DNA from: Macrostomum hystrix
Lineage: Eukaryota > Animalia > Platyhelminthes
Assembly: GCA_950097015.1 (NCBI GenBank)
Contig: CATNEN010000002.1
Span: 6,696,001-6,760,000, forward strand
Direction: 5' to 3'
Length of the DNA stretch: 64,000 nucleotides
Part shown: positions 47,401 through 56,715 of the stretch, piece by piece
Position numbering within the stretch: the first letter of the stretch is position 1
How the letters are laid out: each line of letters opens with the position of its first letter
Translations under genes and position numbers: made by a program
Notes under the pieces: model-generated
The model's input: only the letters and a program-made list of their open reading frames with translations
What the model was told of the DNA's origin: nothing
Database searches by the model: none

Positions 47401-47938
47401 CCTGCTCGCCGCCGCCCGCCTGGCCGCCAAGCGCATCCCGCGCAAGGATGCTCGCCGCCTGGCCGTGCGCGAAGTTGCCGAGCTCAGCCAGCTGGCGGAA
47501 ACCTCCGGCAAGGCCGTGGACGAATTGACCGAGCTGGCCGCCAAGGCACGCAAAACGGCGGACAAAGACGCTGCCAAGAGCTGCCTGAAGCGGCTGCGGG
47601 TGGTGCTGAGCTCCGCGGAGCGTCTGTCTAGACACTCCATGTACATCGCTTACTTCTCGCCCAAGGCCGAGCGAGACCAGATTGAGCACAGGCACGATCG
47701 CGTAGCTGAGCGTATCGCCTCGGCGGCGGCTCGGGTCAAGGCCATCCTGACAGCCCCGCTCGATGCCAAGGACGACAAGAAGAAGGAAGAGAAGACGGAC
47801 AAGAAGGAAGAGAAGACGGAGAAGAAGGAAGAGAAGAAGGATAAGAAGGAGGCTAAGAAGGAGGCTAAGAAAGAAGCTAAGAAGGAAGCTAAAAAAGAGG
47901 CCAAGAAGGACGCAAAGAAGAAGTCCAAGGCCAAGTAA
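32457..47938 (+). CDS. Large secreted VWA / Cys-rich / TIL / TSP1-like / SEA-like modular protein, isoform with terminal cassette A (~1600 aa)
   Basis: Exons: 32457-32598 (signal peptide), 34575-34824 and 36653-37074 (VWA1, DSSHS..TDG), 37234-37470, 37975-38097, 38172-38276 (GC donor), 39815-39919, 40575-40802 (TIL), 42773-43366 (VWA2), 43448-43858 (3 Cys repeats), 45007-45309, 45449-46345 (2 Cys repeats + VWA3), 46437-46508, 46608-46910, 47328-47938. All phases join in frame (4803 nt). Confidence 0.88.
32660..32855 (+). mobile_element. SINE family B copy, VWA gene intron 1
   Basis: GAGTTCAAATC...TGTGTGCTTGAGCAAGACACTTA...CATCTATAAAATGGG...CCCCAGTCCACGGACTGAA. Confidence 0.75.
33215..33275 (-). 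mobile_element. Isolated tRNA-like SINE head (family B-like)
   Basis: Reverse complement contains GGTCGAGAGTTCGAATCTCAGCC, similar to the head of the 32660 copy. No complete cloverleaf. Confidence 0.45.
33530..33832 (+). mobile_element. SINE family A copy, VWA gene intron 1
   Basis: GGTAGAGCGGCTAGCGCG head, family body with internal deletions and an AATTATTATTATT tail. Confidence 0.8.
34394..34520. repeat. 18-bp minisatellite (AGGTCAGGAATATCTGAC)n
   Basis: About 7 units ending ~55 bp before the exon 2 acceptor. Confidence 0.93.
34853..35755. repeat. 36-bp minisatellite (GGGATTCTAATGGGATCAGTTCCCAATGAGTTCTGT)n
   Basis: About 25 near-identical units with no spacers, in VWA intron 2. Confidence 0.97.
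36130..36510. repeat. ~28-bp minisatellite (AAAATACAGATCGATAATTGGTAGATTC)n
   Basis: About 13 degenerate units in VWA intron 2. Confidence 0.9.
37100..37188. repeat. ~20-bp short tandem repeat (TGAGGRGATTTCACTCAACC)n
   Basis: 4-5 degenerate units in VWA intron 3. Confidence 0.8.
37515..37952. repeat. 34-bp minisatellite (CTGMCACCCAGGTAGATAATTATCCACTAAACTC)n
   Basis: About 13 units occupying most of VWA intron 4. Confidence 0.96.
38297..38660. repeat. 34-bp minisatellite (CTGACTCTCACTGCTGACTCTCTAAATCTGGTAT)n
   Basis: About 10 units at the start of VWA intron 6. Confidence 0.96.
38661..39600. repeat. 21-bp minisatellite (CTGACTCTCCGAATCTGACAT)n
   Basis: About 45 units directly following the 34-mer array. 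Source of the ESDVRFG / MSDSESQ ORFs. Confidence 0.97.
39960..40410. repeat. Purine-rich 27-bp minisatellite (GAGAATGAGGAAGGGGAGAAGGAGACA)n
   Basis: Almost entirely G/A tandem filling VWA intron 7. Confidence 0.93.
40815..41465. repeat. G/T-rich 34-bp minisatellite (AAGGGTTGTGGGTTTTAAGGGGTTGTTTTGGCGG)n
   Basis: About 19 units with dense G3-G5 runs at the start of VWA intron 8. Confidence 0.94.
47050..47170 (-). mobile_element. SINE family A, diverged fragment in the intron before terminal exon A
   Basis: Reverse complement TGTACA...CCTGATGATGGAGAATTCAGAGCAGATGTACA...TGTGCGTGTGTG resembles the family body. Confidence 0.55.
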
Positions 47939-48848
47939 ATTAACGCAGTACAGTTACTGAAAACTAACTAATTCTCATTACAGGCTCAAAGCAAAGTTGT
48001 TGTATTTGGTCTCAGAACCATTGGTTTAGTCAGAGTTCTCACGGGTGACTTGGTTCGAACGATTAGTACTGTTTTGTGTTTTCAAATTCGCGCCGAAAGT
48101 TTTGTTATGTTGAGAGAAAAAAGAGCAAATGTCTATTTTGTTGGCGAGTTAATGTCATATTTGGCGAAAAACTGCTAAAATACGTGGCTTTCATCTCTGA
48201 CAAACGCGATGAGAAAAGCCCAAACCTACTTTGCTGATTGCGGCCGGTAGCAACAAGGCGTATAATCCTATTTTTGTTCCTGTTATATCTGGAGTTAACT
48301 CCAGTTTCCTCTCTAAAAGCAGCACTGCATGTGGCATTGATGCCATGTCATTGGGAAGCATTATTTCCGTGTCGCTCAGACTAGGGAAAAACTGCGCGTA
48401 AATTTTAACCCTGCGGAAATCTTGCGAACTCAAACTAGAAATTCATCGTGCAGTGCTGCGAGCATGAATATGTAAAACTACGGTATCAAACGATGGTGTT
48501 TGGGATGCGAATAATTACTGTACCAGGGCTTGACGGCTTTATTATATGACGCGAGGATCTCGATAATGTAACAGTTGATAGAGCTGAAGATATAGGCACG
48601 GTCCAGAAATAAACCTTTTGGCATTGAAGTGGTCCCGCTGTTTTGCCCGGACTTTGTTTCACGACTTTTTCATTCAAGAGACCCAACTAGAACTGGTTGC
48701 GCAAAGTACGTTTCTACTCTTGCTTACTAAAAATGCGAAAGTTAGAGATTTTGTAAAACATGATGTGCTTATTACATCAGAACCAGACGCTCAAACTAAT
48801 ATCTACAGTCAAGCAGTAGGACATTCTCAGCCCTTTGTCACCCTTCAG

Positions 48849-51800
48849 CGTGCCCGAAGCCGCAACGCCTGGAAGATGAATGCCTGCACAACTTCAAGCT
48901 CGTCCACGAGATCCTGTACGAGTTCGAGCACAAGTCGCTCAGCTGCGTAAAGATCACGCGCACAAAGGAGCTCAGGTGCTCGTGTCCAAAGCCAGTGGTG
49001 GAGACTGCTCACTGCAATGGAAAGTTCGTCCCAATCAAGGTCTACGAGCAAAGGGTCAACAAGCACAATGGATGCAATGACATCTTGTGGACGGGATCGG
49101 CAAAGTGCGCTCGGTCGTGCAGCAAGCGCACCGATGTGGCCTTCGTAATCGACTCGTCTGACTCAGTGCGAGGTACAAATTTTGAGTACATTCGACGTTT
49201 TATCATCGCCGTGGCAAAACGGCTGGACGTGTCGCGCGACAACACTCACATCGCCGTGCTCAAGTACTCAAGCGTCGAGCAAATGAAGGTGGTTTTCAAC
49301 TTCGTGGCCCACTACAACTTCAAGTCCATGGCGCAGAGAGTGATGGAGATGCGCTACTCACCGGGCTCCACCTACACCGGCGACGCTCTGCGCAACTTCC
49401 GCCGCTTCCTGCTGAACTCCATCAACGGCTACCGCGGTGGCTCGTCGTCCGGCGTCGAGAGCGTCGTCGTGCTCGTGACCGACGGAGCGTCGAACAGTGC
49501 CATCGATCCGGTGAAGGAGGCCAGCAAGATCAAGGCACTCGGCTGCAGCATCGTCACAATTGGTGTCGGCGACGACGTTCAGAGCAAGGAGCTGGCGAAG
49601 GTCGCGAGCGAGCCGGCCGCGATCCACAGCTTCAAGGCGGACTCGTTCCGCGACCTCGTCGACTCGACGTTCGTCGAGTCAGTCGTGACGGCTACATGCC
49701 GAGTTGGGAAAGTGAACAAAGTCTCCGTGCTGGAGCAGTACACCCGTGAGTGCCTCACTCCCAAGAATAGTTTCATTTGTAATTGCTTAGCATCTGTCGG
49801 CCATTTGATGGATGGCTTCTTGTTGCTTGGTGCTGGTCCCCGCTCCCATTTTAATTGAATCCGTCCGGCTGCGTACGGGCCTGCCTGCACACTTTTCATC
49901 CACTTGCCCTTCCCCTCTTTCCTGGAAGTCGCTGTCAGCACTTTAGGGCGCGCATAATTTTTTCTCTGAAGCCCCCTCTCTACTAAAGCCTCAATTTGCA
50001 CTCACGCTTCCGTTGAGTGTGTCTGGTCTCATTCCCCACCGCTTAGCTCGAATTCCGCTGCTTCTAACCATCTCCCACCTCTGCCCAGTCTTCTGCCCGC
50101 GGCATCACAAATAATTGATTGATTTCTGAGCCCCGTTTAGGCCTGAGCGACATTGCTGAGTGTCCGTCCGCCCCGCAAGTTAATTTCACCGACCTGTTGC
50201 CACCTTGAGTCTATCACCAGAGCTTTGGTCTAATCTTTGGACTAATCACATTTTACTCTTCGATTCATTCTCTTTCAGAAATTTTGCGCACTGCGCAGGC
50301 TAAAAATTTTGATGTCGACTGGAAGAAGTTTGGCTTCACAAGGCTTGAGTGTGAGTCCTTTGTTTTAGTTTTTGCTGCCTTTTTTTTCTACTCGGTCATG
50401 TTGTCAGATGTTGGGCTGTGGTGACCCGATACTACTCAGATTGCCAGACTAGGAGCACAGTCGCTTTGAGTCGTTTTGAGTCGTTGCCTCACAGTTTTTG
50501 TTTGAAAAGAACGCTCAGCTGCCGCGTTGAAGGCTTTCAAAACGGAAGTGGACTCAGCTGTCCCCGGCAATTACCTGATTGAGCTGACAGGGCAATGTCC
50601 GGCAGAATCCAGGTGCCTTGGCTGTTAATTAGGGCCCCTCCGAGCTAATCACCGGCCCGAGCCAGGAAACTGCAAAACTCCGGACTGAGAAGGGGAGGGG
50701 AGATCAATTAGAAAACGGTGAGTCGACTCGGGCAGGCCAGGAAGTTGCTGAAATGCGTCAGCAGCCCTTTGAATTGCCGGTGCGATTTCCTACGAGCGCT
50801 TCTTCAGGTTGAGTTGGAAATCTATTCTCTTTGACCGTGGGGCAATATTGAAATATAAATCTATTACTCTTTCAATGGAAGATGGGTTGCAATGGGATTC
50901 CAGGAGGGGATGCAGGATATTATGCATATTGTGGGGTGGATGTCTCGTTCAAGGGATCGTTTTATTACACCGGCCCCAATCGGGCCAGCAATCTAAAAGC
51001 TGCGTGAGGCTTGGACTGGTCCATGGCGTCCATGGACTGGGGGGACGCCATGCTCAACCCTTAACTACCCAGCTAATGCTGGAACCCATTTAACAGCGGG
51101 GGTGAACTGAAGCAATGCAGATTTCTAGAAAAATGGGATTTCTAGTAGAATGAGATTTCCAGTAGAATGGGATTTCTATTTGAATGGAATTTCTATTTGA
51201 ATGGGATTTCTATTTGAATGGGATTTATATTTGAATGGGATTTATATTTGAATGGGATTTCTATTTGAATGGGATTTCTATTTGAATGGGGTTTCTATTT
51301 GAATGGGGTTTCTATTTGAATGGGGTTTCTATTTGAATGGGATTTCTATTTGAATGGGATTTCTATTTGAATGGGATTTCTATTTGAATGGGATTTCTAT
51401 TTGAATGGGATTTCTATTTGAATGGGGTATTTCATGGGACAATGTCTCATAAATTGCGCACTATCTGCATCTGTCCCTTTTTCATCGCTCGTTGCAGACT
51501 CCCAACTCGCGGCAGTCAGTTTCAAGCTAATTCAAGTCCCGGATGCGCCAACTGTTTCCATAGCAACTATGCGTCATCGGGAAGCTCTCGGGTCGGCGAT
51601 GCGGTCGGCCCTGACCGGCGCCCTCCGCCTGCACCCGTTCGCGGCCGCCCGACTGCGCCTTCGTCCGCCGTCAGGACTGTCGGGCTCGGTTCGACTTCCG
51701 GCTGAGAAAACCGACTCGCTGAAGAGGCTGGTCCGCAGTGGCCAATTCCAATTCGACTGGTCCGGCGCCACGTTTAAAATTGATCCGAAGTCTCTGAGCA

Positions 51801-54800
51801 TCGTGTCTCCAGGTGCCGACACTGTGACTAAATATCATTGTCTAACAGGTCTAACATGAGATAGTAATCCCTTGTCTAACAAGTGAACCATAGAGCAGGA
51901 ATCTCTTGTCTAACAGGTCTACCATAGAACAGGAATCCCTTGTCTAGAAGGTCTTCCATAGAACAGGAATATTTTGTGTAACATGTCTATTATAGAACAG
52001 GAATATTTTGTGTAACATGTCTATCCCAGAACAGGAATATTTTGTGTAACATGTCTATCATAGAACAGGAATCTCTTGTCTAACAGTCCGAATATAGAAC
52101 AGGAATCTCTTGTCTAACAGTTCGAATATAGAACAGGAATCTCTTGTCTAACAGTTCGAATATAGAACAGGAATTTCTTGTCTAACCGTTCGAATATAGA
52201 ACAGGAATCTCTTGTCTAACAGTTCAAATATAGAACAATAATCTCTAGTCTAACAGGTCTAACATAGTACATGAATCCCTTGTTTAACAGGTCTAACATA
52301 GAGCAGAAATTTCTTGTCTAACAGTTCGAATATAGAACAGGAATCTCTTGTCTAACAGTTCGAATATAGAACAGGAATCCCTTGTCTAACAGTTCAAGTA
52401 TAGAACAGGAATCCCTTGTTTAGCATGTCTAACATAGAGCAGAAATCTCTTGTCTAACAGTTCGAATATAGAACAGGAATCTCTTGTCTAACAGTTCGAA
52501 TACAGAACAGGAATATATTGTCTAACAGTTCGAATATAGAACAGGAATCCCTTGTCTAACAGTTCGAACATAGAACAGGAATCTCTTGTCTAACAGGTCT
52601 AACATGGAGCAGAAATCTCTTGTCTAACAGTTCGAATATAGAACAGGAATCTCTTGTCTAACAGGTCTAACATGGAGCAGAAATCTCTTGTCTAACAGTT
52701 CGAATATAGAACAGGAATCTCTTGTCTAACAGGTCTATCACGGAACAGGTCGAACATAGAACAGGAATCCAATATCTAACAGGTCTAACATGATCAGTTG
52801 TTGAAAGTTTTGGACAGACAAGGCGAGTTTATAAATTACATGGGGATGTCTCGCAGCTCTGTTAGATTTCCAAATTCTCCCGCGCGGTGTTGGGTTTCTC
52901 TCCGAGTTGGGGTGGGTGCGCTGTGATTTTTCCTAACGAATCAAATGTAAAAATCGTGCGAATATCTGCGCCGGTCTCTGAGCCGACTGCCCACTCCCAG
53001 CCAGCGGCCCCCTGGGGTCACGTGTCATCCGGCTGCGCTCCTCCATAAGACTTCTCCCGACAATTCTCTCGATCCCATTCCCCGACCTGTCCAGCTAGTG
53101 TATCGATTCATCTGGCCCTAACAAATCAGGGATAGTGAAGTGGAGTAAATCAACAACTTGATGAGACCCCCGCAATGGAATGCTTGCGTCAGTGCCATCT
53201 GGATGCCCTCAGTCTACTGAGTAAAGCATCGAGGCTGCATTTTGTGTCAGCTTAATTTGGGCCAAGAATTTTAATGGGCAAGTTCAGTTTGCAGTCCCAT
53301 GGCAGAGCAGCTATCGCCAGTTGATCCCATCCCAAGTGGATCCCATCCCAAGTTGATCCTATCCCAAGTTGATCCCATCCCAAGTGGATCCCATCCCAAG
53401 TGGATCCCATCCCAAGTTGATCCCATCCCAAGTGGATCCCATCCCAAGTGGATCCCATCCCAAGTTGATCCCATCCCAAGTGGATCCCATCCCAAGTGGA
53501 TCCCATCCCAAGTGGATCCCATCCCAAGTGGATCCCATCCCAAGTTGATCCCATCCCAAGTGGATCCCATCCCAAGTGGATCCCATCCCAAGTGGATCCC
53601 ATCCCAAGTTGATCCCATCCCAAGTTGATCCAATCCCAAGTTGATCCCATCCCAAGTTGATCCCATCCCAAGTGGATCCCATCCCAAGTTGATCCCATCC
53701 CAAGTGGATCCCATCCCAAGTTGATCCAATCCCAAGTCTATTCCATCCCCAGTTGATCTCATCGTCCCTGACCCATTCCATTTATAAAAGATCCCACTCC
53801 TACGTGATCCCATAGCAAGTTTATCTCATCTAGAGGCTGTTCCCATCACGAAGAATATCCCATTCCGTTCGATCTCAATCTGACCTCCACCGACCCTCCA
53901 GAGGCCACTGACGCCATCCGCCAGGCGCAGCTGGCACCAGACCTGGCCCTAGACGCTTGGCGCCCACTTCGTCGACTTGTCCGACGCGCCGAAGAATCGG
54001 CACCGCGAATTCGACGCGACGACGCAAGGCGCCTGGCCTTCGATGAGCTGCGCCGCCTCAACAAGCTTCTGGCCAGCTCTGAGCGGCGTCTGGACCGGCT
54101 GGCCACTGATTGCTCAGCTGCCGTTGCCGCAGCCAGCGACGGTAGCAGCCGAAGCAGACTGCAGCGCCTCTTGCGCAGCTGCGCCGATTCCACTCAGCGT
54201 CTGCTCACCGACGCCGCCAAGGTGGTGCGCCGCGTCGGCTACGTCAGGTACTTCGTCCAGGCCGGCGATTGGGCCAACATGCGGCATGGCGAGAGGAGGT
54301 GAGGAGCGATAGGATTTCTGGTGTGATGGGATGTCTGGTGTAATGGGATGTCAGGTGTGATGGGATGTCAGGTGTGATGGGATGTCAGGTGTGATGGGAT
54401 GTCAGGTGTGTTGGGATGTCAGGTGTAATGGGATGTCAGGTGTGATGGGATGTCAGGTGTAATGAGATGTCAGGTGTGATGGGATGTCAGGTGTGATGGG
54501 ATGTCTGGTGTAATGGGATGTCAGGTGTGATGGGATGTCAGGTGTGTTGGGATGTCAGGTGGGTGTGTTGGGATGTCAGGTGTGATGGGATGTCAGGTGT
54601 GTTGGGATGTCAGGTGTGATGGGATGTCAGGTGTGATGGGATGTCAGGTGGGTGTGTTGGGATGTCAGGTGTGTTGGGATGTCAGGTGTGATGGGATGTC
54701 AGGTGTGATGGGATGTCAGGTGTGTTGGGATGTCAGGTGTGTTGGGATGTCAGGTGTGATGGGATGTCAGGTGTGTTGGGATGTCAGGTGTGATGGGATG

Positions 54801-56004
54801 TCAGGTGTGTTGGGATGTCAGGTGTGATGGGATGTCAGGTGTGTTGGGATGTCAGGTGTGAGTGGATTTCAGGCTTCAGACAGTATGTACTTGAAAGATT
54901 TTGCATCCGGGTATCCATAGTCATGAAGTCTGGGAATGTTTTCAGATTATATGAGGGGATATTAAGGCCTCTCAATATCTGATGTGACATTAATCTCATA
55001 GCTCGTGTCTGATTTAAATTTCATTCACACTGATGGATGGGTAACGTCGGGTTGGTATGAAAGCAGAGAGAGAATTCATATTTTATCATGATTTTTTTCT
55101 TCAAATAGCTAACAAGAGAGAGGTCCCTTGGCTCCATTGTTTGTGAGTTGATGTGGATAAAACAATCAGAGTTACTGCTTGATTTAGTACGCATATAGCG
55201 TTAAAAACGGTTTAGATTACGTTTTTAGCTAGGCTTTTAGTACACGGCACAGCATCAGGCGCGCGCTTTCAAAATTCAGATTTTAATTTTACGACGAGCT
55301 TTCTGCGTGTGATTCTAAAATTAGCCGTAACACACTACTCTGGCGTAGATCCGACTTAGTCTTCTGTGATTGGCCACCAGCCAAGCGCCCTGACTCCCTG
55401 CTCACGTTCCAGAGTCTCCCGGCGAGTGACTCGAGCCCGAGACCGTCTGCCCGCACTGCTTCCGCTGGCCAACCAGCCGGTGCCGACGCCGCCGCCGCCT
55501 CCCACCGGCCCGTCGCTAGCTGAACTGCGCCGTCGCGCCCTGGTAAGCCTGACGCTCGGCGTGCGCGAACTCCGACGCCTCCACCGGGCGCTGTTCGCCG
55601 CGCACCGCCTGACTTTCACCGGACTGCAGCCGGCGCTGACCAGAGCCCGCGGCGAGCAGCTGGACCGGTTGGACAACCGTCTGAGAAGATTTGCCGCCGT
55701 CCGCAACGCGGTTTCAAAGGCCTACTCGAAACTGGCGATGCCGCCAGATGCTTCGGGTGCAGTTCTGTCCGAGGACTCTACGTCGAAGCCGATTGAAGAC
55801 TACCTGGCGACACTGATCCGAGCCGCTGACGAGGCCGATCAGCTGCCTGCGCAGGCGCGCTCTGTGGCCGCGGTGCATCCAGCGGCAGCCGACGGTTTGG
55901 CGCGCCTGGCACCGGGCCTCGCCTCCGCGGCGGAGTCGTTGCGCGAGGCCGCAGCTCGGATAGGGAAAAATGTGCGCCAATTTCGCAAGATGCCCAAGCA
56001 CTAA
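48849..56004 (+). CDS. Duplicated terminal cassette B of the VWA gene (alternative 3' exon set; full isoform ~1730 aa)
   Basis: Exons 48849-49745 (897 nt, same length as 45449-46345), 50279-50350 (72 nt, same as 46437-46508), 51498-51812, 53902-54298 and 55413-56004. All GT-AG and in frame to TAA at 56004. Begins in phase 1, compatible with the donors at 43858 and 45309. No own ATG or signal exon found between 47938 and 48849. Confidence 0.82.
51015..51120 (-). mobile_element. SINE family B fragment
   Basis: Reverse complement CTGCATTGCTTCAGTTCACCCCCGCTGTTAAATGGGTTCCAGC...CCCCAGTCCATGGAC. Confidence 0.75.
51125..51430. repeat. 17-bp minisatellite (GAATGGGATTTCTATTT)n
   Basis: About 18 units, in a cassette B intron, starting where the SINE fragment ends. 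Confidence 0.95.
51835..52795. repeat. 34-bp minisatellite (AACAGGAATCTCTTGTCTAACAGTTCGAATATAG)n
   Basis: About 28 units with variant subtypes, in a cassette B intron. Confidence 0.95.
53325..53745. repeat. 16-bp minisatellite (GATCCCATCCCAAGTK)n
   Basis: About 26 units with decayed flanks, in a cassette B intron. Confidence 0.96.
54315..54860. repeat. 17-bp minisatellite (GTGTGWTGGGATGTCAG)n
   Basis: About 32 units starting ~15 bp after the 54298 donor. Confidence 0.96.
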
Positions 56005-56609
56005 CGCTTGGCGTCTCAGCGACAGACAGCCATTGCTGAGAATTTTCAATTGTCTATGGTCATTCTTAGCGAAAAGTACACATTTCTAGAAACGGTTCGA
56101 GTGGGTTCGATGCGATCGCACTTCAAGCATGAGGTGGTTTTCGGACACTATTCCATCCCATTCCTGAACCTTTTCTGGATTGCTAAACAACCGTTCTTCA
56201 AAAATTTCCTAACTGACTATATAATGCGATGAATCGGAATAATATGATACTGAAGAGTGCTTCGTTCCATTATCTGGCTGGATAGTATATTCTTTACTGA
56301 ATGATTGATTGTTTTAAAAACAATGGTCTCATTTATGTCCACATTTATGTGAAAGAATCGATGATATTTTCTTAGCTCTGCTTAGAATCAAACGTAGAAC
56401 AAGTTTATACTTTTTAACCCTCATCCCGTAGTGCGTACGGCTCTGAATTTGTATTATGTAATCTCGAAATTCGAAATTCATAACCTATTTTCGCTGCAAT
56501 AAATGGACTAGATTTTGACTAGTGCATACGAGCTATTACATAACTCGTATTATGTGTTAAAAATTTGTCGATCCTAATTGTGTTGATTAAGAACAAGAAG
56601 CTGATCAGC

Positions 56610-56715
56610 TGATCCTGGTAACCATTCTACAGCTGGGGGGACTGAAGTGACGGGAATCAGTGTCTTGCTCAAGTGCACAAATTGCTATCCTTGTCGATTC
56701 GAACTCCTGACCAAA
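56610..56715 (-). mobile_element. SINE family B fragment
   Basis: Reverse complement GGAGTTCGAATCGAC...TTTGTGCACTTGAGCAAGACACT...CTTCAGTCCCCCCAGCTGTAGAATGG. Confidence 0.7.

Noticed and set aside
56414-56440. piggyBac-like end (TTAACCCT; also near 48407)
   Set aside because: No matching inverted terminus or transposase remnant found.
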